A stretch of DNA of 63,980 nt, counting the filler, from Dimargaris cristalligena (taxonomy: Eukaryota): the NCBI GenBank assembly GCA_003614675.1. It is 4 parts of 4 records of this genome, joined end to end, with 100 filler letters (N's around TTAATTAATTAA, not from the genome) between each part and the next. Parts side by side here need not be neighbours in the genome. Positions count along the whole stretch, not along the records: positions 1 to 16,155 come from ML002858.1; 3 more parts are not named here. The stretch is one strand, 5' to 3'. Under the pieces are notes generated by a model. It searched no databases. It saw nothing but the letters and a program-made list of their open reading frames with translations, and was not told the DNA's origin. The stretch's first letter is position 1; the number at the start of each line of letters is the position of its first letter. Positions 1 to 12,500 of this stretch are shown piece after piece. A program made the position numbers and the translations under genes.

Positions 1-1788
1 AAAAGGTCTCCTGCCAATCGACAATTAAGTTGACTATTACCCTCACTCACTCACTTCTATCAACCTAGCCCCTGTGGCTGTGTGAATAGTTCAAGATGGT
101 AATTATTAGTTATTTGTAGCATCCAAGTCAGCATTAGTATTGCAGGTATCTATCCATTGCTACAGCGTAATTTAGCTATTAATATGTTTACCTCGCCTTT
201 GCATGTACGGTAAGGTAGGCCACAATGGTCAAACAGTAATCTAACCAACCAACCCAATCACTAACCACACTGAACCCATTCATGGCTTCTATGATATTGC
301 ATTATTTCACCAATACCAACTGGTTGTCCTAGGTCATAAAATGGCGCTTCCTCCCACGTCTATGCCGTGGCTCCCGCAATACCGCCGTCACCCTCACTCT
401 TCCTTCGAGTCTTTGTATCTTTCGTTTTCGTGGACGCTCCCTACCTTAGGCGCCCCTACCTTTAACCCTGGGTGATGTACTTCGCTTTTCATTCTAGTTC
501 TTTAAATTTAAAGGGAATCAATTCAATATAATAAATACAGTGCTGCTTTGTTATATTTCGGAGCAGTCATGTCTAGGGGGTGTTTCCTCCTGCCCAAGCC
601 AAACTCTCTTGGTGACTATTCTTTATAAAGTATCTGACAATTCCGGTTTCCGGAATAGATGCATTGTGTCTTTTGGATCAATCTGCAAATCTAACTATCA
701 GCTACCATTTCTTCCTAATTAATCCACCAGCTCGGCCCCGTATACGCGATTAAATAGCACCTGAATGCATAGATAATTACTTATATCGCCTTTGTAAATT
801 GTATTTTAATGGTTGACTCACCCGTACAGGGTAGTTATAGTGGTGAATGGTAGTCCATTCTATAAAGATTTTATCAAGGAGATAAAATTGCTTAGACCGT
901 TTTGCGCACTCTGGATATATTAACTAAACCATTGTCCTGATGGGTCAGAACCACCACGCAGACCAAACGAATCAACAGACTAGTTCCCTCAACCTCACCC
1001 TTACTGATCTTATGTATTGCCACTCCGATCCGGACTTACGGTGCAAGGCTTGGGGATGCGACTGGGGGTCGCGAGCTCTTTTGAAGAGCGCCATGGCGTC
1101 GAAGGGGACGTCTTCCGGCCGGCAGAGAGGGGGAGGCTGGTCGCTTTAGATTACACAAGCGAGGGGTGGAATATGGTAGCAACCGAGCAGTCGAAATAAC
1201 CAATAAATACTAAGTAAAATATACCGCTTTTCAACTAAAATCGGCATTTAATAAGCTATTTCGGTGGAATCGTGTAAGCAATTGAAATATATGAGCAAAT
1301 CGTCCCTATCTGTTTCGAAGAGGGCTCCCTGAACCGGGGTCGCCAAGCAATTGTTCAAATACACTAAATTACATTACACAGTTAAAATGAACGTTATATA
1401 ACCGTTAGAGCACATGGTCATTGGAATATTTGTAAAAATAATAGTCGCGTATACACTTTCCGAAGGCATGTAAATGTTTATATTATTCATCATATCTTTT
1501 GAGATCAGTTATCGACGTCTGGAATATTAGATAATCGTCAATTTGGCATGATAATCACCGACTGAGCTGATGGCCGAGCATTAAAGTCTTCTCATTAACC
1601 GCTCCACAGAACCACAGTATGCACCTTCTTCCTTTGAGATAACTGGGTCATTTCAGCATATGGGGTAGTATTTGCGGCGGATATAGAGATTTCCGGGTTG
1701 GTTGGGATGCCCACCCTATTGCAGCGATGAGGTGCTTAGACATCGGGGCGGTACCATTCAGCCTAACTAGCCACTCTGCTATTTATAT

Positions 1789-2169
1789 ATGTTCTTCTAT
1801 TCTGAACCTTCAGAGAAATCGGCCAAAATACTTGCCGACGTGTATTCGTACATACATGGTTCTCTGGAGCTACCACTGGTCTTTGAAAAGCCAACGTCCA
1901 CCCAGCTCTCTATGCACTTACTAAATGCATTATTAATTTGGCGTACGGGATTCGATATAAACGGGGATTTATTTACTGGACTTCAGCCAGATTGTCATAC
2001 ACGAGATACACTTAAATGGGAATCCATAATTAGAGTAGAGCACGCGGTTTTAATGGAATTAAATCATGACATGGCCACCGACACATACCAAATCAAAACT
2101 GTTGGGGGTATACGGCGTCGATTAAAAGGGGCACGACGATTGGCTTGTGCGGTATTTTGTATCAGATAG
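1789..2169 (+). other. Possible exon or remnant of a gene with weak resemblance to the fungal transcription factor middle homology region
   Basis: The 126-aa ORF contains KILADVYSYIHGSLELP...LSMHLLNALL, loosely like the Fungal_trans start pattern (YF..VH..P / LLLNAI). No Zn cluster is seen and no full gene model could be built. Confidence 0.2.
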
Positions 2170-4500
2170 TATCGTTTTCCCGTACATCACCCCTGGCAAC
2201 GCCATTTCACAGTCTCTCTCACTTAAAAACAATATGGCATTCATACAGGCTGTATAACGAATAATCCATTTGATGAGGTAAATATTACTGGTCAAAAGTT
2301 ATTCTCCCATACATATATTGTGTAAAATCTTATACAGTTGGGTTGAAGTTCACCCATATGCTAATATTCATCCGAAGCTCCCAGCGATGTCTGCGTCTGT
2401 ATTCTACTAAATTGGATTTGTGAGCCGTCGGATTAAAATGTCTATACCATTTGACCTGCAGGCCTAGTGCATATATATATAGCCATCCTTTAGCACTACT
2501 AATTTCCAATAAAACCCAGACGCGTACGCCAAAACCAGCCAATAAGGGCATTGTTGGCTTAGTTTGGCTGATGTGGGTTATGATATAGGAACTGTGCCTG
2601 GAGAGGCATTAGCCCGTCCTGATAATAATCGGCGAATTGTCGATTATGTCGGATTAAACTACATGTGGTCGGTTTCTTATTATACTGCTGCTGTATAGTA
2701 TTTGACAGACTGACTGACTACGTTCAACACCCTCTCGCAGTGAAAATAACATCGATATACTGGTAGATATATGTTCCATTTTATAGGCCCAGGTTAATGT
2801 TAGGTATGCACGTAGATGGCTGTGGAGTTGGCGATGGGATAGTAAACACCATGGACGAGAGCGGAAAGTATGGCCTGCTAAGTTATCACGACATTCATGG
2901 GCTGGACCAGGCACCTTGCTATTTTAGAAGGGAACTGATACCAATGTACTGTTCTAACCATACGTAGAGTTCCAGCGTCACTCATACCACGCCTATAAAC
3001 ACAGTGCCTCCCCAAACAAGTTGTCAGTACCGATGGACAGTGTATTGGCTTGGCGACTACAGCCCCAAGATTACATCAAACGATATTACTACATTGATGT
3101 AATGTTTAAATGGACATCCTCATACTACAGATATTTAACTCCAAGAGAAGATCAGCGATCTCCCCCCTTGCCTAACATTACGGCCCCTTAAACTCACCTC
3201 TGATATGGTGTAATAAATCGCCCTGAACTCGACTCTACGTTTCTCGTTTTGCATCGTTTCATACAAGAGAATTGTTCCCGACCAGATTCATTTAGCGTAA
3301 TTATCCAAGCTATACGGTTGTAAGGATATCGTTTATAGCTCCAAAGTTGGATGTCGCAAGTATAGGAATTTTTCCAATTACTCACATATAAATAATGAAG
3401 CGGTGACCAGTCAGTTCCGTGCCACTGCCGGCGAAGCTGTGAATCCTATACATAGTTAATATGGCTATATTACTTTGATGCTTATGAACTCATGAAATTG
3501 CGATGTTCACGCATATATGTTGGCAACCGAGGGAACCGGTCACTATAGGATGCCACTTTTTATATACCCTAACGGCCCGTACTGGCCTGTAATACTAAGT
3601 AATCATACTACCCTTTCTTATTTGACCTCGTCAAATAGGAATAAATATCGTTGAAGGTTTGTTTTAATCTTTTCCATCGTTATGTAGGTTTTTAAAGTGA
3701 CTACGGTGGAAAATAGGCGGGGTATGTCACATGAAGTAGAATGGCCTGGTCCAGAAAACAGATTTGCCATTATTCTGTAGCCGTCACCCAGAGTTGGAGG
3801 AAATATATCGCCCTTTCATGTAAGGTCCACCCGACTCAACAAACCAAAGCATCCGCTCACCTACCTGAATTACGCCCCGAAGTAGAACCCAAACCATAGG
3901 GGGAATGGCGCGCTTCATCTTCAACCAATGGCACTTGGCAACATTATTGGTTTTGTCAGGTTCTTATCTCTCGGGCCAGCTCCCTGGTAGCCATACAAAC
4001 GAATTGACCTTGTTCTGTTTCTACTCCCGACTATGATGGCCGCGCGTTTCGTAGGTCTAAAACCCCGACCCTTGGCACTCTTGAGCCCATTGCCAAGTGG
4101 GTCGTTTTATACCACCTCATTGGCCAAATCGAGTGCAGATGGCCCTTACGCTCCATTCCGTGGCTAGCGCCAGGCAGAGCTAACAGCTGAACGGCTCATA
4201 GGCAATGTGCCGTCTTCGCGCAGGAGGGATTGGCCTAAGCACGCCCGCCTGTATATGGGCATGCTAAACAGAAAAGGGCGGTGCAGTTAGCGGGGCTATA
4301 TCCAACCTAGAAAATGCCAGCCGAACGACGAGTACCATGCTATTCTGAATGGGAGTAGCCAGCCACCCCGTCGCCTAACACAGACCCTCCCGCTGACTGA
4401 GGCCAGACCCCGCGCCGTGTCCCTCCAAGTGTCACCCCTCCGACAGCATACGATCATAACAGATATGTGGAACCACAGTCACGCAGTTAGCCATATATGC

Positions 4501-4523
4501 ATATATATATATATATATATATA
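4501..4523. repeat. (AT)n microsatellite about 290 bp upstream of the GDH start codon
   Basis: atatatatat atatatatat ata seen directly. Confidence 0.9.
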
Positions 4524-4808
4524 ACCACCAGCTTGTGGTAAAGACCCTTCTCAAGTTAAGACTGCTTACCTCTCCTCCCTTGTTTCCTACCCATTCGTCT
4601 TTAGCCATAGCCCCTTGTCCCTCTAGAGCCGGTCTGACTGCTCTTTATCGTGTTTTGTACCTCCGACACTTGTTGTTCTTCGTCTCTTCCCCATTTCCCT
4701 CCAAACCGATTCCCCCGCCGCCCTCGCCTACTCCACCTGAAGAGGCCCCATTTAGTTCGAGTAGTCACATCTGCTACTTGTTCCTGTAGGCCCCACCTCC
4801 CTGTCGTA

Positions 4809-7474
4809 ATGCCGTGCCTAATTCGCCCTGGCCAATGGTCTTTCCAAAGGTAGGCGCTGTTATTCGGGATGGAATAGAACGGTCCTCTGATTAGCGGTTG
4901 GACTACGTCTATGGTGGCTCTTCTTCCAGCGTAGAGCTTTTCTCTGGACCACCGCCGGCCTTTCTATCTGTCCGCTTGTATATGTGCGGGTTTGGCTCTG
5001 GTTCGACAGTGCGGGTCACCTGTAGCCTTTTGTCGATATGCTATGGTATAATGCTCCGCATATCTATACCTGCCCTACTCTCTCTGTGGTACTACGAGTC
5101 AAGTCTGCTGACGTTGGCTACTTTCCAATGGCCCATTCAGTGGAGTGACTGTTGTTGGATCAACCCGCAACGGCCTGTTCTTGTGACTAGCCTTATCACG
5201 GTGGTCAGCTGCGGGGTAGTTTGCATAGGAATGGTTCTGGGACGGTTTATGGTCAGCCTCTCTAAATGGCCCGCCCACTTGATATAGACTCCCATGACAA
5301 TCAAACTCCGACAGCTGGCCTTGGTGCTCAAAACAGGGCGAGCGCCTCATTGCTTAATATATCAGGCTAAACTTATGGACAACGTGGGTCTAACTACACA
5401 CTCCGTCGCTGTGATTTTATACATTTGACCCTTTTCCAGACTGGCGACCCGGCCTTCTTTGCCCGCCCGCCACTCCCTCTTGAAGAATGCCACAAGGTCC
5501 CTAAGCACAGGTAATCATACGACGGGTCTATTGTTGGGCATGGTCCTCCCTCCTTTGTTCTGGTTCCCTTCTGCACCGCCCCAGTGCCTTGTTAATACAT
5601 AGTATACCCCGCTTTTAACCTTTACTAACATATCATCCGCTCGGCTGAAATACACCACCAACATTGCCCCCACTACGAATAATATACCCATAGCCGCTAC
5701 CAATGTGGCCACGGAGGACCACGAGCCCACGTTCCTCCAATCGGTCGAGCTGTTTTTTGACCGGGCTGCCAAAGTCAGCAATATCCACCCGAAGACCCTG
5801 GCCCATATTAAGGCCGTGGACTGCGTGCTGAGCGTGTCCTTCCCTATTGAGGTAGGTCCCCGGCATTAGTCTTCTGCAAAATTATTTAAAAATCAATTCC
5901 GTGGACTACCTCTTGTAAGGTGCTCTCTACTTAGACCTGATGGGGTTTTTCATGCCCATGCTTATACCCGTACTCATTTCCATTTCAAATATTTAATCAT
6001 GCCCATGTGCTTTACTAGATTGATGAGAACAACCACAAGATCATCCATGGCTATCGCGCCCAGCACTCGCGACACCGCCTCCCTGCTAAGGGCGGCATTC
6101 GCTTTTCGCCTGAAGTCGACTTGCACGAAGTGGAGGCCCTGGCGTCTCTTGTAAGTAAAAATGCGTGGCTGACATACCCTTGCACGAACTGGTGTTTCTT
6201 TTCTCTTACAATAGCATACGTATAGATGGCCAGTCTTAAAAATGGCATGTATCCTAGACTGGATTTGGTGCTGACATTGCTATCCGCTCCACTTCTCTGA
6301 AACCACCCTACATTACCGATAGATGACATACAAGTGTGCCGTGGTCAACGTGCCTTTCGGCGGTGCCAAAGGAGGGATCATGATTGACCCCAAGCAATGG
6401 ACACCCGCTCAGCTGGAACGCATTACTCGTCGTTACACCATGGAGCTCTGCCAGAAGGGGTTTATTGGACCTGGTATTGATGTCCCTGCCCCCGACGTGG
6501 GTACCTCCGCCCGAGAAATGTCCTGGATTATGGACACCTACCGGCAATTTAACTCCCAAGATGTCAACGCAGCCGGCTGTGTGACCGGTAAGCCCGTTGC
6601 CCTCGGGGGAGTGCGGGGTCGAACCGAAGCCACCGGTTTGGGCGTGTTCTACGGCATCCGGGAGTTCCTTACCTACCCGGAAGTGCAGGAGAAATACAAG
6701 CTACCGGGCAATGTCCAGGGTATGTCCGTGGTCATCCAAGGGTTTGGTAATGTAGGCTACTGGGCGGCCAAATTTTTTGAGAGCAACGGTGCCAGAATAA
6801 TTGCCATTGGTGAACGGGACTGCGGTGCCTTTTCCCCCAAGGGCCTAGATATCGAGAAGCTCTTCCAGCACCGGAATGAAACCGGGAGCTTTCGCGACTT
6901 TCCCGATATCCAAATTATCGAAGACCCGTTGCAGGTACTCGAGCTGGAGTGCGACGTCCTAATCCCGGCCGCTCTGGAACGCCAAATCGGGCTTAAGAAT
7001 GCCCACAAAGTCCGGGCCAAGATGGTAGGCGAGGCCGCCAATGGACCCATTACGCCCGGCGGCCACGACATTTTGGTGCAACGCGGTATCGCTGTCGTTC
7101 CCGACCTCTTGCTCAACGCTGGTGGGGTGTGTGTCTCGTATTTCGAGTGGCTCAAGAATTTGTCACACGTGCGATTCGGTCGCATGAACAAGAAGTGGGA
7201 CGAGAGGGGCAAATCCCAGCTCTTGGCACTGGTGGAACAGAACGCTGGTCGCCATTTGACGGAATCTGAACGGCGCCAGTTGATCCACGGGGCCGAGGAA
7301 CATGAATTGGTCTACTCGGGCCTGGAGGATACCATGATTGATGCTTGCGCCGAAACTCGGGCTACGGCTAACGAGCTCAAGACGGACTATCGTACCGCCG
7401 CTCTATCCAATGCGATTCGCAAGATCGCAACGGTGTACGAAGGTTCCGGCACTCTGTTCAGCTCCGGCGGATAA
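4809..7474 (+). CDS. GLUD1: Mitochondrial NAD(P)-dependent glutamate dehydrogenase, GLUD1-like. Exons 4809-4849, 5440-5510, 5694-5851, 6019-6150, 6323-7474
   Basis: All junctions are GT-AG and keep frame. Spliced protein: Arg-rich presequence [38 protein letters not shown], then [65 protein letters not shown] (Rossmann), [18 protein letters not shown]. Exons 1-2 are less certain than exons 3-5. Confidence 0.93.
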
Positions 7475-8443
7475 ATTCCCGATGTTGAGTTCCAGTACTC
7501 CTGTAGCTTTTTGGTTTGGTTCGTCTTGTCTGACAGGTGTCTTATTTGTTAGGCGTCTGTATAGGGCGCGGTGGGGTCACATGGTAACTATTGCCCCACC
7601 ACATATCAACTTTAGATTGCTCGATTCGAACGTTTCGATTATTTATGATAATAAACCATATGTATAGTGTGGGAATAGTTTTTAACACTAGAGGGTATTA
7701 AAGTTTGGTCCACGCAACCACTTACAAAATGGGCCATGTCATTTGCATTTTTTAAACCAATAACCGCGAAAGATATTGAACGAAAAGTGGCCGGTTGATG
7801 CAACGATACACGACTGGGTGTAAGAACTAATAAATAGTTACGCAGAGGTAGGCAGGGGAGTGGGTCTATCCGGCTTGTTTTAATATTACACAATCTAGCT
7901 CACGAGCCTGGGTTGTGCTGCCCTAGGAGATTGTTAATTATACTGGCCCTAAAGATACTTGGAGCTTGGTTTACCTAGAGTTCTTGGCATGTATGACCCC
8001 CAAGCAGGATTTGCGATGGCACTCACCCAGCGCATAAGCTTAGCCTGGTCGAAAAAAGAGGGTACTATTTCGCAGTTAAATGGGCAAGATATATGTTTTG
8101 GACGATACTAGGCGATTCGTTATAAACACACCCTCATTAAACCAACCACGATCTTCCCCTGCCTATTCAGTAATATGTACCGCGGTCATTTAAGATCTTA
8201 ATCGCTTTTTGAAATGGATTAGTAATTTTATGAGTGAGTGGAATACGCAAGGCATGAGACTATATAAAAAAGCGTCGGTCGCGATGGAGTTATATGATAC
8301 ATTCGAAGGCAAGTATGCACTGGACAATACAGTGTGATGTGGTCAGCCTCCGTTCATCGAAGTAGGTCGCCTATTTTATTAGGGTTATTTCTAGCTTGGA
8401 CCAGACCCTCCAGCTTGACCCCACCCAAGAAAGGGGGGGGGGC

Positions 8444-8806
8444 TCAGTCATACACATGCACCAGGCCAAAGGCCAAAGTCCAGAACAAAACAAAGGTGAA
8501 CAGCGATGAGACTAGCGTCTGCGTAGCCAGGGCGGAGGCGGCGGGGAAATAGCGGCTGGGCGAGCTACCGGTCTTGAGGGTGTGAATCGTGGCCACGCTG
8601 ACCAGCCAGCTAACTACGTAGAAGGCAAAGCCCGCCCACCCCGTTAGGCCCAGAATGCCAGCGGCGGAACCCGTGGTGCCGGCCGCGAGGGTTTGGACAT
8701 TGTCTAGAATGCGATTATTACTCTGGACATGGGGTTCGAATTGGGCGGGACCCAGTAGGGCATCGGCAGGAGAGAGGGTAGCTAAAGGAACCGTGGCGGA
8801 AGACAT
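8444..8806 (-). CDS. EMC6: ER membrane protein complex subunit 6 (Rab5ip/EMC6 family)
   Basis: 120-aa membrane protein with family motifs N.RILDNV..L, GSAAGILGLTGWAGFAFY and C-terminal LFTFVLFWTLAFGLVHVYD. Intronless, and divergent from the gene at 9571. Confidence 0.9.
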   Translation of the reverse strand: MSSATVPLATLSPADALLGPAQFEPHVQSNNRILDNVQTLAAGTTGSAAGILGLTGWAGFAFYVVSWLVSVATIHTLKTGSSPSRYFPAASALATQTLVSSLFTFVLFWTLAFGLVHVYD

Positions 8807-9570
8807 GATGAAGCCGATGCTGCAAATTCACTAAAGCCGGTGGGGGATGCACGCGTTGGGAATCGGGGTGGCGGAATGGTAAAGTACTACGAACGAGAAG
8901 GTCTACTAAGGTAGGGGGTTAGAAGTGGGTGGGAACAACGACTTGCGCCCATGTAGTGAGGAATGTTCAAGGAGACTAGCGTTGGTGGGAAAGGCTGTAT
9001 ACCGCCAAGATTCCTCTCTCGGCTGCCTAGCATGTTGATGGCCCTATCCTATTACGAGCCACCCCTATTTATTTATGGCCTGGTTTCTCCAAACCCCCCA
9101 AAAACGCTATAACGAAACTATGGGAATGGGGGGAAGAAGGAGTGGCCGAGTCGTTGGGCTGAGGCGTAAGTGTTCAGCAGCGGCTGTAGCCACTCAGAGG
9201 GCAGTTCTGCCGCTTAAGTCAGTGCCCCGCCCATACCACACGTAAAGTGACATTTTCCTTTGGCTACTATCCTTTTTGTGTTATTCGCCATTTAGTTCGT
9301 CAAACTGAGAGTAGCGCCTTTACCATAAAGCATAGTATATTTCGTTCTCTTATTGTTATTTTTCGCACCCCCCCATGCGTTGTTTTCCGCTTCTTGCACC
9401 GCTTTGTGCAACTGTAAAAAAAAACCGCTACTTTACCCAATTACGCAGCCACTGTATTGCCCGGTCCCAGCCCTTCGCTATCCATTTACATACTGATATA
9501 CCAACATTCGTTGCAGCCTACTTGCGCAATTGGCGAGCGCTCTCACTCCCCTACCTCTTGTTTGTAAACC

Positions 9571-12500
9571 ATGGCTGACCCTTCCAAGTCGCCCTCCACC
9601 CAGCCCAGTGGAAGTAGTGCCTCCGCGTCCACGTCCGCCATTGCCAACCCCGCCAAGGTCGCCAAGAATGTCCGCCAGGTTAAGGAGCGTATCATCAATA
9701 GCCACAAAGTCATTGCCTTATTCGAAGGCCAGGTCAAGGAATACCATACTTTGCAGGGCAAGTACAACCAAAGCCAGTCCGAATTACAGGCTCTGCAGGG
9801 CAAGCTCGATAAAATCCAAGCCGAAACCGCTCAGCACCGACTTGTCGTTACCACCCTCCGGGCCGCCCATGTCGATGAAGTTAAGCGGCGTGAAGCCCTG
9901 GAGCGGATGCAGGGCTCCTCCAGGGACGGATCAAATGGCGGGGGAGGAGGTACCCGTCCCCTATCCGGTCTAAAGCCCCCCGAATTGATCGAACTGGAAA
10001 AATCCCGGACCGAGAAACGCCGTCTAGAGCAGCAAATCACCGAACTCGAACAGTCCCTCGCCGATAAGGAAATGGATCTGGCCCTCATAAGGAGCCATGC
10101 TGCCGAAAATCACGAATCGGAATGGCAGCAGGAGAAACAACGCGCCGATCAACTGGCTGGCCAATTGGCCCAACTGGAGACCCAGCTCACTGAAATCCGG
10201 CGGGCCCTCGAAGACAAACAGGTGGACTACCAGAGTGTCGTGACCCGTGGGCTGTCCAAGGAACGGGAATTGGCCCAAGTCCAGGCCCAGCTGAAATCCC
10301 AGAAGGAGGCCTCCCTTGCTCTACAGACCCGCCAATCCGACCTACAGGGCCAGGTGAGCAGCCTTACGACTCAGCTTCAAGCCTCTCATCAACAACGGTC
10401 GACGGCACAGGCCGAATTGCAGGGCCGGTTTGACGTACTCACGGCTGAACTTCAAGCTACCCAACAGCAGCGGCAGCAGGTGCAGGACGAGCTAGCTCAA
10501 TCTCAACTACTTTGGGCTGACCAGCGTGCTCAATTTGACGAACGGATTCGCCAATTGTCCCAGATTCAGAAGGCCTCAACGGCAGCAACTCTTGCGACGC
10601 TCGAGCCAGCGGAACCCCTCGAAGTTTCAGAGCCTATTGTCAATGACGTAGCTGAAATACCGACGGCCCGACTGTGCCTTTGCGTTGACGAGCTGCCCAA
10701 GATCCAGGCCCAGCTCGATCTAAAAGACCAAACCATCTATCAATTAAATGGCCAGGTAGCCGGCTTACAACGGGAGGTCGACTCCCTTCAACACCAACTT
10801 AATGAACAAGCCCGGGTAAATCAGCTGAGTTCGGTCCCTGTGGCCGAGGGCCCGTCCGTGTCGGCCCAATCCGCGGGGGTTCATACGGAAATGCAGCGGG
10901 ACCTTGGCCGACTAGAAAAAGAGAACGCCGCATTTCTGGATCTCATTAAAGATCAGCAGGTCCAAATCTTTGATCTCAAAAGGTCGGCTGCCACTTTGGT
11001 AAAGGTAAGTGATACTCTCCACCAAGCGGTCTGTCTATCCATGCCTGGGTTCCGAATAGATTTTATGCCCGAATGCTAGCATGTCCTATTTCCCATTTTG
11101 GCATCTAGATTCCGTGCCCTCAAAGTCTGGTTATACATAGTGTTAACGTGATTACATTTGACTTACACACTATATATGTACCCCCCCCCATAGACCCCCC
11201 AATCCTTATCGGCTTCGTTCGACCAACCGCCTGCTCTCCCCGTATCCACACCCTCCCAAGCCACTCGAGTGCAGCTGTCAGGCATCTCCAACGCCCCGTC
11301 CTCTTCCACCTCCACTTCCGAAAAATCCGTCGTCCAACCTTCTCGAAAGCGTCGTCTATCGGTTACTCAAAATACAACCCCGGCGATGAGCGTAGGTATT
11401 AGTGGACGCCTAGCACCATCAGGGCCGTTGCCTCCTTTAACGCCCACCCTAACCACCGTCCCCCTCGACCAGGTCGCAGCAGCCCCCAAGGAAAAGAAGA
11501 AGAAGAATAAGAAAGCCAAAACTATATCCACCACTACCAACGTGAGTGCGGGTGTGGAAGCGAGTAAGCAAGGGTTCGGAGGGGTAGCAGAGACGGTGTT
11601 GTTAGAGGGCGGCCGGCAAGACAACCACCACCATCCACCACCGACCAAGATGTCCATAAAAGCCAATTCGCCTGTTCCTTCCATCGACGACCTAGACGAT
11701 CTGGAATGGTTCGATAACCGCCGGCACCCGACGGCCCCCGAACCACTGCCCCCCAGCGGCGGGAAATCAGCCAATACAGTACCATTGCCATTGTCAACAC
11801 CTCTTACTACACCATCAGCCACCTCGACCATCCCCATTTCAATTATGGAGCCGACATTGGCACCCCAGATATCCCTTTCCTCATCCCTCGCGGCATGCCA
11901 AAGTCCAGAACCCAGCCCTGTACCACTATCGCCAAGTCCAATCACTTGGGAGGCCCGTATTTGTGCGGAGAACCCGGGGGTACAAAACCTTGCGAAGCTA
12001 TTGCAGGAGCCCACCACGGCATCTTTATGTGAGTAGTTTTAATTTGATAACCGATCGTTCGTTTACATTTTTCCGCTATTACCTGACAATTGCATTATGC
12101 AATACCATTATAGTCTTAGTCCAATAACAGTTGTTTCCGGCGGACTCTTTTTGGTCGGCTATAGTGGTGGTACCCGCGCAGTCCATGGCCGGCGGACACC
12201 TTTTCCCCCCAAACATTTATAGTCTGGCGTATATTCTGTCTAAACATGTATTTATATATACCCTTCTTTTTTTCGCTTCCCTTACCATTCAGTCACCCAC
12301 AAACTAGCCTGCTCCCTTAAACTATCTGGCCCCACTCTCCATCTCGGCCTGCTTGCGGCCGATATCCGGCCCGACCAACGTATCCTCGGTCGAAAACTTA
12401 ATGATCGCATCAGAGACCACCTCTACTCCAATTTGCAGACCGGAACGTTTGTGGGGGCCTGTCTGGCCGAAATCAGCCGCGTTCAGAGCCATACGGCCGC

